Assembly: GCF_002087085.1 (NCBI RefSeq) | Contig: NZ_MWQY01000002.1 | Span: 124,001-188,000 of the forward strand | DNA: 64,000 bases | Direction of reading: 5' to 3' | In this document: piece by piece, positions 10,075 to 19,284 of the stretch | Layout: every line of letters starts with the position of its first letter | Numbering within the stretch: the stretch's first letter is position 1 | The notes under the pieces: generated by a model | The model's database searches: none | Told to the model about the DNA's origin: nothing | What the model saw: only the letters and a program-made list of their open reading frames with translations | Made by a program: the position numbers and the translations under genes

Positions 10075-10429
10075 CCTCTCCCTCCTGTTTTCCTTCTATG
10101 CGGACCAGAACCCTGTTCGGCAGACAGGCGATAAAGGTGCCCGGGGCGGATATCTGCCCCGCAGCGATGCAGACCTTCTGGGTACACGGAGAATCACTAA
10201 CCCATACAGCACCGTCATGTATAAGGACATGGGTATGGCCGAGGGGGCCCTCGACTTCCACCTCGATATCGGCATCCAGGGGGTATACCCAGCTTTCATC
10301 TTCTCCTTCAATCCTGACAATCGGAGTCCCGCCGCGATCGCCCAGGGACTGCAGGGTTAAAAGAACAACAAGGATTATGGATACCAGCAATACGATCCAG
10401 TCGCCCGGACGCAGGGATAATCGAAACAT
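10055..10429 (-). CDS. NusG domain II (DUF1312) protein with N-terminal membrane anchor
   Basis: GD + TM helix, GPLG, SPCTQKVC, IACLPNRV. Confidence 0.88.
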   Translation of the reverse strand: MFRLSLRPGDWIVLLVSIILVVLLTLQSLGDRGGTPIVRIEGEDESWVYPLDADIEVEVEGPLGHTHVLIHDGAVWVSDSPCTQKVCIAAGQISAPGTFIACLPNRVLVRIEGKQEGEVDGLAF

Positions 10430-10461
10430 GGCTTAGACTACCCCGATGGGCGGGTAACTGG

Positions 10462-11865
10462 TCAAGAGAATACCCGGGTATCCGACAAAGGAAGGGCTAT
10501 TGAAATCCGGGCTCCCCCGTTTTTCCCCTCATCCGCCCAGATGCGTCCGCCATGAAGCTGCATGATCCTCCTGGCAATGGCAAGCCCCAGCCCGGCTCCG
10601 CCGGCTTCCCGGTTACGGCTGGAGTCAAGACGAAAGAAGCGCTGAAAAATCTGCTCCCGGTACTCCTCAGGGATACCCGCCCCTGAGTCATCGACACGCA
10701 GTACTGCTTCATTCCCGACTTTTTCAGAATATATATCGATGCGTCCACCGTCGGGAACGACCTTCAGGGCATTGGCGACAAGATTACGGATTACCTGAAT
10801 GATCTTCTGGGGATCTCCGAAGACTTCCATACCCTCAGTATCCGGGATTTGAATGCTGACCTTCCGGGGAAGAGCCTGTACCAGAAAAGGCTCAGCCGCT
10901 TCTCTTGCGAGTTCTTCAAGAGAACAGTTCTGCCGGATAAGCCTGATCTGACCACCCTCTGCAGCAGCGAGTTCCCCCAGCTCACTGATAAGCCGTGACA
11001 TGAGCTCCGTCTCACGGTAGAGGCTCTCGATCCGTTTCCGGTCGGGGGTATACACTCCTTCAAGGATCATCTCAAGTTCACCCTGCAGCACAGCAACCGG
11101 AGTCCGCAGCTCGTGAGCTGAATCACTGATAATCCGCCGCTTCCACTCTTCCGAGGATTCAAGGGAGGAAGCCATGGTGTTGAACTGATCGATAAGCTCG
11201 CCGAGTTCATCGGATCTATGGATGTTGATTCTGGCATGCAGATTACCTTGGGCAATGGACCTGGAAGCAGCCGCCAGGGCTTCCACCGGGGATGCAATTC
11301 GCCGGAACAGCACGGCTCCGAGAAAAACCGCCACAATTGCAACAGACAGGGAGGATACGAGGACCGAGCGGACCACGAGTCCAAGAAACTCGTTATCCCG
11401 GTCATCCAGGGCGGGTACAATCATGCTGCCGACAAAGACCCTTCCCACCGTCCGGCTGCCAATCATAACCGGAGTGCCGTGCTGAATCTCAAAATCCTGT
11501 ATATCCCTGGTGGTAAAAAAACCGTGGGTATCAGCGTATACCTGTCCATCCTCTCCCAGCACCAGCACCGGCGGGACCATTCGGGGCATCATCCTGGAAT
11601 GATCCATCATTCTGCGGCTTGGGGGCATCCCGTATCCGGAGGGCAGACGGAGGATCTCCGAAATTCCGATCAATGTGCCGTTCTGACGATAATAATCTTC
11701 CGCAAGCAGGGCCATCTGATCCGCCAGCAGCTTATCCTCCTGCCGCACCATGCGGGTATACGCCTTGTGGGTGGAAAAGGCGACGATGGCAATATTGACG
11801 GCGGCACCGAGAAAAATAATCAGGGCGAAGAAGGCCAGAAAGGTATAGAAGAGTCTATGCTTCAT
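10462..11865 (-). CDS. BaeS-like HAMP sensor histidine kinase
   Basis: Two TM helices, HAMP, AHELRTP, NLVANA, DSGAGIP, FFRLDSSR, GAGLGLAI. Confidence 0.93.
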   Translation of the reverse strand: MKHRLFYTFLAFFALIIFLGAAVNIAIVAFSTHKAYTRMVRQEDKLLADQMALLAEDYYRQNGTLIGISEILRLPSGYGMPPSRRMMDHSRMMPRMVPPVLVLGEDGQVYADTHGFFTTRDIQDFEIQHGTPVMIGSRTVGRVFVGSMIVPALDDRDNEFLGLVVRSVLVSSLSVAIVAVFLGAVLFRRIASPVEALAAASRSIAQGNLHARINIHRSDELGELIDQFNTMASSLESSEEWKRRIISDSAHELRTPVAVLQGELEMILEGVYTPDRKRIESLYRETELMSRLISELGELAAAEGGQIRLIRQNCSLEELAREAAEPFLVQALPRKVSIQIPDTEGMEVFGDPQKIIQVIRNLVANALKVVPDGGRIDIYSEKVGNEAVLRVDDSGAGIPEEYREQIFQRFFRLDSSRNREAGGAGLGLAIARRIMQLHGGRIWADEGKNGGARISIALPLSDTRVFS

Positions 11866-12592
11866 TGATCCCGGCCCCCGGAAGTTCGTTGGAAATTTCC
11901 AGCTTGTAGCCGACTCCCCATACTGTCTGAATATAACGTGGATGTCGTGAATCCGGCTCCAGGACCTTTCTCAAGTTTTTTATATGCACATCAATGGTCC
12001 GTTCATAGCCCTCCCAGGGATCATCCTGGATTATTCTCAGTAGATCCATTCGGGTAAACACCCGTCCAGGAGATTCAAGCATGCCTTTCAGCAGATCAAA
12101 CTGGAGAGAGGTCAAATCCACCCGTTTTCCGTCGACATCTACACGGCGAGATTCAGGATCCACCTGCAGACCATGATACATCAGGGGTGCGTTCTTCCCG
12201 TTCCCTGCACGGACCTCGGCCATTCCTACCCTGCGTAGTTGTGCCCGTACCCTTGCGGCTAGTTCCTTGAAACTGAAGGGTTTTGTAACATAATCATCAG
12301 CGCCGGTATCCAGTCCAATGAGCTTGTCCTGTTCCTCTACCCTGGCGGTCAGAATGATGATCGGGATAGAGGACAACTCCCGGATGCGTCGGGTAACGTC
12401 TATTCCGTCCATCCTGGGCATCATTACATCAAGTATGGCTATATCGGGCCCTTCCCTGTGGAAGAGTTTCATGGCTTCCACCCCGTCGAAGGCAGAAACC
12501 ACGCGATACCCCAGGGATGCAAAATAATCGAGCATCATGCGGTTGAGTTTTTTCTCGTCCTCCGCCACCAGGATACAGGCATTTTCCTCCAC
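11855..12592 (-). CDS. OmpR/BaeR-family response regulator
   Basis: AEDE, LDVMMPRMDG, GADDYVTKPF, RTIDVHIKNLR, TVWGVGYK; GTG start at 12592 after AGGAGG. Confidence 0.93.
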   Translation of the reverse strand: MEENACILVAEDEKKLNRMMLDYFASLGYRVVSAFDGVEAMKLFHREGPDIAILDVMMPRMDGIDVTRRIRELSSIPIIILTARVEEQDKLIGLDTGADDYVTKPFSFKELAARVRAQLRRVGMAEVRAGNGKNAPLMYHGLQVDPESRRVDVDGKRVDLTSLQFDLLKGMLESPGRVFTRMDLLRIIQDDPWEGYERTIDVHIKNLRKVLEPDSRHPRYIQTVWGVGYKLEISNELPGAGINEA

Positions 12593-12664
12593 ACGTGTCC
12601 TCCTGCTTTTTATTATATAACGCAGATATGAACAAAATGTGAAGGACAAACCCGGAGAAGACGA

Positions 12665-12925
12665 TCAGGCGTCGCGTACAGTATCCCAGTCAATCTCCGC
12701 GGAATAGCCAAGGCGATGAACAATTTCTTTTATCCGTTCCAGCGAACCCGCATTGCCGCCATAGCTCACGGATATTTCACCTTTACTTGCGTCAACATTG
12801 ACATCTGCAACACCCTGAACCTTTCGGCCGGCATGTTCTATGGTAAAAACACAGGAAGCGCAGGTAGCACCGCTCAGTTTGAGTTTAGCCTGCTTGGTGT
12901 TGGTTCGTTCCAGATCGTTTTTCAT
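12665..12925 (-). CDS. Heavy-metal-associated (CopZ-like) domain protein
   Basis: GATCASC metal-binding loop; C-terminal LGY; 86 aa. Confidence 0.85.
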   Translation of the reverse strand: MKNDLERTNTKQAKLKLSGATCASCVFTIEHAGRKVQGVADVNVDASKGEISVSYGGNAGSLERIKEIVHRLGYSAEIDWDTVRDA

Positions 12926-12978
12926 ATGATTAAAATACTAAGATTTATCTCCAGTGAAAACACTCTTTTTTCGAATTA

Positions 12979-13729
12979 CACCTCTGCGGATTCTGCGCAG
13001 TTATTCCTCCCACATTCACGCCCTACGCCAGGATAACCTACACATACTGAGGCACAGGTACCCGAACCACGCAGCGGGCGCTGAAAAGAGAAGGCATAGC
13101 TGTCGCAGCACAGGTGATCAGCCCGGTTTATACCTCTGCGAACTCTGCGCGGACATTCTTTCTCGTTCACACGCTATCCGAACTATCCAATGCTTCATGA
13201 GTCACAGGCACCGGAACCACGCAGAGGACGCTGAGAGGAGAAGGCATAGCTTTCGCAGCGCAGGTGATCAGCCCGGTTTATACCTCTGCGGATTCTTCGC
13301 GAACATTTCTCCTCCTTTTCACACTACACTACAATAACCAACGCTTCATGAGGCACAGGTACCCGAACCACGCAGCGGGCGCTGAGAAAAGGGGGCACAG
13401 CTGTCGCAGCGCAAGTGATCAGCCCGGTTTATACCTCTGCGAACTCTGCGCGGACATTCTTTCTCGTTCACACGCTATCCGGACTATCCAACGCTTCATG
13501 AGTCACAGGTACCGGAAAATCCACGCAGAGGACGCTGAGAAGAGGGGGCACAGCTGTCGCAGCGCAGGTGATCAGCCCGGTTTATACCTCTGCGAACTCT
13601 GCGCGGACATCCCTCCTCCTTTTCACACTACACTACAATAACCAACGCTTCATGAGGCACAGGCACCGGAACCACGCAGAGGACGCTGAGAAGAGAAGGC
13701 ATAGCTGTCGCAGCACAGGTGATCAGCCC
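12979..13729. repeat. Tandem array of ~151-bp units with internal inverted repeats (REP/BIME-like)
   Basis: CCACGCAG arm at 13067, 13217, 13368, 13521, 13672; complementary CCTCTGCG arm at 12981, 13133, 13283, 13434, 13587; GTGATCAGCCC core five times. Confidence 0.93.
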
Positions 13730-13816
13730 TACGTATACCACGATACCTTTGGCTATTTTTCCCGTTTTGTGTATATTATCCCTGCATTCACAGAAACTAC
13801 CGGGAGCAGACCTGTC

Positions 13817-14938
13817 ATGATTCATCCTAAACAAGCCGAACTTGCCCGTCTTCTTGTTACCCACTCCGTTGCACTGAAAAAAGGGGAGAAATGCCTGATC
13901 CAGAGCCATGACGTCCCGGAGGAGATGATCGAAGCCCTTATAAACGAAATCTACGAAGTCGGAGCCTATCCTGTGCTCGATTATCGCCGCGCGCGGCTGC
14001 AACGGGCACTGCTTAAAGGCGCATCCGTGGAGAGCCTTACAAATCTCGCGGAGATAGAAGCCTTCCGCATGAAAAAGATGGACGCTTTTATCGGTATCCG
14101 GGGTTACGACAATCCCAGGGAAACCGGCGATCTCCCGGAATCCCAGAGCCAGCTTGAAATGACCCACCTGATGAAACCGGTGCATCATGAAATACGGGTT
14201 CCCGGAACCAAATGGGTGGTATTGCGCTACCCGACCCCAGGGATGGCCGCCATGGCGCAAACCTCCACCAGCAGCTTTGAGGATTTCTATTTTGCCGTGA
14301 CTACGCAAGTCGATTATGCTGCAATGGCAAAGGCGATGGAACCGGCCAGGGAGTTCCTGGAGAAAACGAAAAAGGTCCATATCACCGGCCCCGGCACCGA
14401 CCTCAGGTTCTCCATCGAATCAATTCCGGTTGTTCCCTGCTTCGGGGAACGGAATATTCCCGACGGTGAAATCTATACCGCGCCGGTACGGGACACTGTC
14501 GAGGGGACAATCAGTTATAACGCGCCTTCCAGCTTTTTCGGTCACACCTACCAAAACATCCGATTCAGTTTTGAAAAGGGAAGGATTATCGAGGCCGCTT
14601 CCGACGATACCGGCAAGCTGAACGCCATACTCGATACCGATGAAGGCTCCCGGTATATCGGTGAATTCGCCCTGGGCTGTAATCCCCGGATTCTGGAACC
14701 GATGGACGAAACGCTCTTCGATGAAAAGATCGCCGGTTCCTTTCATTTTACGCCGGGAAACGCGTATACAGAAGCGGACAACGGAAACCGCAGCGCCATC
14801 CACTGGGACCTGGTCTGCATTCAGCGCCCGGAGTACGGGGGAGGAGAGATCAGCATGGACGGTCAGCTCATCCGCAAGGACGGGATTTTCGTCCACCCCG
14901 CCTTTGAAGCTTTGAATCCAAAGCACCTGACCCGCTGA
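13817..14938 (+). CDS. Aminopeptidase (peptidase M29, AmpS/aminopeptidase II family)
   Basis: KWVVLRYPT, NIPDGEIYTAP, IGEFALG, LFDEKIAGSFHFTPG, NRSAIHWDLV; start at ATG 13817. Confidence 0.92.
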   Translation: MIHPKQAELARLLVTHSVALKKGEKCLIQSHDVPEEMIEALINEIYEVGAYPVLDYRRARLQRALLKGASVESLTNLAEIEAFRMKKMDAFIGIRGYDNPRETGDLPESQSQLEMTHLMKPVHHEIRVPGTKWVVLRYPTPGMAAMAQTSTSSFEDFYFAVTTQVDYAAMAKAMEPAREFLEKTKKVHITGPGTDLRFSIESIPVVPCFGERNIPDGEIYTAPVRDTVEGTISYNAPSSFFGHTYQNIRFSFEKGRIIEAASDDTGKLNAILDTDEGSRYIGEFALGCNPRILEPMDETLFDEKIAGSFHFTPGNAYTEADNGNRSAIHWDLVCIQRPEYGGGEISMDGQLIRKDGIFVHPAFEALNPKHLTR

Positions 14939-14964
14939 GAACAGGACAATACCGGAGGTTCAGC

Positions 14965-15615
14965 ATGATTCCGGAGATACCCGCCCATTATCTCAGGATT
15001 CTCGGACTTCCGGATAATCCCGACAGTGCCGACATTAAGCGGGCTTATCATCAGGCGGCCAGATCCAACCACCCTGACCTGTTTCCGGACAGTGAGCATC
15101 AAAAACAGGAACTCGCCATGATGCGTATCAACGAAGCATACATGGCGCTTACAGCCCTGTTTTACATCAGGGGGCAGGCTGAAAGCAAACCGTCCTCCAA
15201 TTCCCCTCCGGCGGCAGCCCCTCCTTCACCGGAAGAAAAACTCCCCGGCCCCTTGAAGAATCCCGATTACGTATACTACAAACGGGGCATTGAAAACTAC
15301 AGAGCCGGACAGCGCAGATTTTTCGACCGGAAAAATGCCGCCGGAAGACCGCAGCACTTCGTCCCTGACAGTCAGCTCCTCAATCTCGCCATATCTGCAC
15401 TGCGTCATTTTCAAAAATCTTATGCCTGTTTTTACCAGGTTGTTTCAGAATATCCCGACAGCATCTGGGTACGGGACAGCAAATTCCACCTTTGGCGCCT
15501 CGAACAGTACAACCGTGTTTACACCCGGATCTGCAGACAGCTTGCTTCACGAGTTGCGGCGAAGCAGGAACAGCAGGGAGATCCGGGACTTGCAGAACCC
15601 TTCACGGAGGGATAA
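14965..15615 (+). CDS. J-domain (DnaJ-like) protein with helical C-terminal domain
   Basis: ILGL..IKRAYHQAARSNHPD..MMRINEAY; GGAGG RBS. Confidence 0.85.
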   Translation: MIPEIPAHYLRILGLPDNPDSADIKRAYHQAARSNHPDLFPDSEHQKQELAMMRINEAYMALTALFYIRGQAESKPSSNSPPAAAPPSPEEKLPGPLKNPDYVYYKRGIENYRAGQRRFFDRKNAAGRPQHFVPDSQLLNLAISALRHFQKSYACFYQVVSEYPDSIWVRDSKFHLWRLEQYNRVYTRICRQLASRVAAKQEQQGDPGLAEPFTEG

Positions 15616-15627
15616 GCTGTCCCGTAA

Positions 15628-16488
15628 ATGAACAGACAGTACCCCCAATTCATGTATCTCTCTTCGGAATTCCGGGACCCCGAAACAGCCAGATACCATA
15701 TTCTTCCGGTCCCCTTCGATGCAACCAGTACCTTCCGCAAGGGGGCGGATCTTGGTCCTTCCACCCTGCTGGAAGTCTCCAATCAACTGGAAGAATACGA
15801 CATTGAAACCGGCAGCATCCCCTGCAGAGCGGGCATTTATGTAGAAGAACCTGTCTCCGCCCAGGAGCCGGAGGAGCTCCCGGACAGGGTACAGCAACGT
15901 ACCCGCAGAATCCTGGAGGCCGGAAAAATCCCCATTATCCTTGGAGGAGAGCACAGCGTCAGTGTCGGATCGGCCTGGGCTGCGGCAGAATACTTCGACG
16001 ATCTGACGGTTGTGCAGCTTGATGCCCACAGTGATCTGCGGCAGAGCTATCACGGCTCGCCTTTCAACCACGCCTGCGTCATGGCCCGAATCCGTGAGAA
16101 GAGTCCGATTCTTCAGGCCGGAATCCGCAGCATGGACATCTCTGAGCTTGAGTTTGTCGACCCGGACCGCATATTCTACGCCCATCAGATACATGAAGAT
16201 CCGGAATGGATTTCGAGGCTCTGTTCCAGACTCAGTGCCCGTACATATCTGACCATCGACCTGGACGCCTTTGACCCGTCGATTCTTCCTTCCACCGGCA
16301 CACCTCAGCCCGGAGGTCTGGACTGGTATACCGTACTCAGGCTGATACGATGCATTGCAGAAAAAAGCCGGCTGGTCGGGTTCGATATCGTCGAACTCTG
16401 CCCCGACGGAAGCCACGCATCTCCCATGCTGGCGGCAACGCTTCTATATAAAACAATCGCCTACATCGAGACTGCAGCAGAGAAATGA
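15628..16488 (+). CDS. speB: Agmatinase (ureohydrolase family)
   Basis: GGEHSVS, LDAHSD, TIDLDAFDPS..PSTGTPQPGG, DIVELCP. Confidence 0.9.
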   Translation: MNRQYPQFMYLSSEFRDPETARYHILPVPFDATSTFRKGADLGPSTLLEVSNQLEEYDIETGSIPCRAGIYVEEPVSAQEPEELPDRVQQRTRRILEAGKIPIILGGEHSVSVGSAWAAAEYFDDLTVVQLDAHSDLRQSYHGSPFNHACVMARIREKSPILQAGIRSMDISELEFVDPDRIFYAHQIHEDPEWISRLCSRLSARTYLTIDLDAFDPSILPSTGTPQPGGLDWYTVLRLIRCIAEKSRLVGFDIVELCPDGSHASPMLAATLLYKTIAYIETAAEK

Positions 16489-19244
16489 GTATACGAATCC
16501 TCGCCTGCGGAGTCTTTCGTACAGACCTGAAAAAAATCCTGGGGACGAATCAATCCGATATTGCGATAAGCTTTCTCGAGGGGGGGCTTCACAGCGAACC
16601 GAACAAACTGAGGGAAGCCCTGCAGAGAGCCATCGATGAAGAGCATGCAGCCTCCAGGATAATCCTGCTCTACGGCCTCTGCGGTACCGGTACTTCCGGA
16701 CTGCATGCCCGCAGTATCCCGCTGATCATTCCCCGGGTACACGACTGTATCAGCCTCTTCCTGGGTTCTTCCGCCGCATATACCAGGCAGTTCCGCCACA
16801 TTCCGGGTACCTACTATATCTCCGCGGGATGGTATGAGGAACAGGTCCAGCCCAGGGGATCAAAACCCGGCGGGGACGACAGGGACCCTTCCCAGGAGGC
16901 CATCAGGCTCGATATTTCCCGGGATAAACCGGAAGACCTGGTGGAGAAATACGGTCGGGAAAATGCCGAAGCTATACTCGATGTAACTCACTCCTGGAAA
17001 AAAAACTACAAGCGGGCTGTTTTTATCGATACCGGAAGCGGAGACCGGGATAAATACCGCAAGCATGTCCAGACTATAGGTCAAAAGTTCAATTGGAAGA
17101 CCGAAACCATCGCCGGTTCCACCAGGCTCATGGAAAGAGCCCTGAAGGCAGAGACAGGCGATGATGAGATCCTTGTCGTTGAACCCGGTGAGCTTACCTA
17201 TTTCGATGTTGCCGCGGGCAGACTGAACGCCGGAAAACCTGAAGAGGCGGGCCTCGGTTACTCCCCGCAGCGTCGCAGCTGGACTATCCCGGGCAGCCGA
17301 GGAACAAGCCACCGGCAGCGACGAATCGGTCTCGGCATCGACGCCGGAGGAACGTACACAGACGCGGTACTCTTCGATCTGCAGACGGAATCGGTACTGG
17401 CAAAAACCAAGGCCCTTACGACACCCTGGGATTATACCGAGGGTATCGACAAGGCTCTGGAGCAGCTTCCTGCAGAGACCCTTATCCGAACGGAGATAGT
17501 CTCGGTATCCACGACCCTTGCCACAAACGCCATCGTGGAAAACAACCGGCAGGCTGTAGGACTGCTGTTAATGCCCCTGTCCGATTCCGTGGCCGAAGAG
17601 ATAGAACACCGCCCCCTGCAGCTGATACGCGGGAGGGTTAACATCTCCGGAGAGGTACAGGAAGAGATCGACGAGACGGAGATACGAAAAACAGCCCGGG
17701 AGATGGTGCGGAACCACGGGGTACGGGCCTTCGCGGTCTCAGGGTACGGCGGAACCGTCAACCCGGTGCATGAAAAGACTGTCGCCGGAATTCTGAGGGA
17801 TGAGACAGGACTCATGGTCTGTGCGGGACATGAATTATCGGGTCAGCTGGATTTTACCGTCCGGGCTGCGACCGCAGTGCTGAATGCCGGCATCATTCCC
17901 CACCTGGAGACCTTCTTTCATGCCGTTGAAGACCGGCTCAGGTTCCGCCATATCGACGCACCGGTCCTCTTCGTACGGGGCGATGGTTTCCTCATGAATG
18001 CCTCCTATGCCATGGAACACCCTATAGAAACGGCACTCTCCGGACCCGCCGCGAGCATAGCAGGTGCGCGATACCTTACCGGCTGCGACGAAGCCTGTAT
18101 TATCGATGTGGGGGGAACAACTTCTGACATCGCCTATGTGGAAAACGGCTCCGTGGAGACAGATCCCGACGGTGCCATGATCGGAAATCACCGCACCCAT
18201 GTGCGGGCCGTCGACATGGTTACCCTGGGTATCGGAGGAGACAGCGAGGTAGTATTCGACAGAGGTGATATCCGGGTCGGTCCCAGGCGGGTAAGCCCCC
18301 TCTGCAGGCTCGGCAGGGAGGGTGAGGATCTCCTTAAGAGACTTGCATCCAGGATCGATGATTTCAGCGCCTCCAGCAGCGCTGCCCTGATATGCCGCTT
18401 CACGGGAAAACAGCCCCCCTTCCCGCTCAACCGGATGGAGAAGGAGGCCCTGGATTCCCTGATAAACGGTCCTCTGTCCGTGCTGGAACTGGCCGAGAAA
18501 ATCCTCCTTGGGCACTGGCGCTTTCTCAAACTGGACCGCCTTCTTTCGGTACGCTCCATAGAAATCCTGGGACTCACACCTACAGACCTTCTGCATGTGG
18601 AGGAACGGCTTGTCCTGGGTTCAAAGGAATCCGCCCGTCTGGGACTGAAACTCCACGCCCGTCTCTCAGGTCTCCCGGAAGCTGAGTATGCCCGCCTGGT
18701 CTGGGGGCAGGCTGAAAGAAGCATCAGTGCCGGAGTCATGGCAAAAATGCTCGAGCTCAGCCCGGGGGATCCCGCCGTAGAGCTTCTTGTAAGCGGTGGT
18801 TCCAGGCGGGTCAGGCTTTCAGCGAAGCCGGCGGCACCGCTTGTCGGACTGGGTGCGGCGGCCCCCTTTCTGCTGGGAGGAATCCAGCGCAGCCTTGATC
18901 AGGAAGCTCTGATTCCGGAGAATGCCGATGTGGCCAACGCGATCGGGGCGGTGACTTCATCGGTGCAGGCTCTGGCAAGGGCTTCAATAGTCCCCGCCGC
19001 GCCTGAAGGCTATCGTCTTACCGGTACCGATGATACGATCTATTCGGAATTAAGCCAGGCGGAAAGCGTTCTGGAAGCACGGCTTCTGGAGCAGGTCCGC
19101 CGGAGGGCATTCGCGGCAGGGACCAGCGAAACAGAGGTCAGACTTTCGGTATGGGACAGGGTAGCCCGCAGTGCGACGGGTGAACCTATTCTGCTTGAAC
19201 GCTGCATGGAAGCGGAGATACGAGGCTTACCGGACAACTTTTAG
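16485..19244 (+). CDS. DUF1638 domain fused to hydantoinase A/oxoprolinase-type ATPase
   Basis: N-term ACGV, GLH, YGLCG, HDCI..FLGS; then GIDAGGTYTD, STTLATNA, SGPAAS, DVGGTTSD, GIGGDS, ANAIGA. Confidence 0.85.
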   Translation: MSIRILACGVFRTDLKKILGTNQSDIAISFLEGGLHSEPNKLREALQRAIDEEHAASRIILLYGLCGTGTSGLHARSIPLIIPRVHDCISLFLGSSAAYTRQFRHIPGTYYISAGWYEEQVQPRGSKPGGDDRDPSQEAIRLDISRDKPEDLVEKYGRENAEAILDVTHSWKKNYKRAVFIDTGSGDRDKYRKHVQTIGQKFNWKTETIAGSTRLMERALKAETGDDEILVVEPGELTYFDVAAGRLNAGKPEEAGLGYSPQRRSWTIPGSRGTSHRQRRIGLGIDAGGTYTDAVLFDLQTESVLAKTKALTTPWDYTEGIDKALEQLPAETLIRTEIVSVSTTLATNAIVENNRQAVGLLLMPLSDSVAEEIEHRPLQLIRGRVNISGEVQEEIDETEIRKTAREMVRNHGVRAFAVSGYGGTVNPVHEKTVAGILRDETGLMVCAGHELSGQLDFTVRAATAVLNAGIIPHLETFFHAVEDRLRFRHIDAPVLFVRGDGFLMNASYAMEHPIETALSGPAASIAGARYLTGCDEACIIDVGGTTSDIAYVENGSVETDPDGAMIGNHRTHVRAVDMVTLGIGGDSEVVFDRGDIRVGPRRVSPLCRLGREGEDLLKRLASRIDDFSASSSAALICRFTGKQPPFPLNRMEKEALDSLINGPLSVLELAEKILLGHWRFLKLDRLLSVRSIEILGLTPTDLLHVEERLVLGSKESARLGLKLHARLSGLPEAEYARLVWGQAERSISAGVMAKMLELSPGDPAVELLVSGGSRRVRLSAKPAAPLVGLGAAAPFLLGGIQRSLDQEALIPENADVANAIGAVTSSVQALARASIVPAAPEGYRLTGTDDTIYSELSQAESVLEARLLEQVRRRAFAAGTSETEVRLSVWDRVARSATGEPILLERCMEAEIRGLPDNF

Positions 19245-19284
19245 AGCTGCCGTATCCGGACATTTCTGTACAGGGAGGATAAGC

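Noticed and set aside
12979..13729. CRISPR array
   Set aside because: The conserved part is ~110 bp, the 'spacers' recur (A/B/A/B) and resemble each other, and there are no cas genes in the window
12954..13816. Repeat-encoded Cys/His-rich ORFs (12954-13337, 13264-13641) and the N-terminal extension of the aminopeptidase ORF
   Set aside because: Unit lengths of 151-152 bp shift the frame and type-B spacers carry stops; no convincing RBS; conservation fits DNA/RNA symmetry rather than codons
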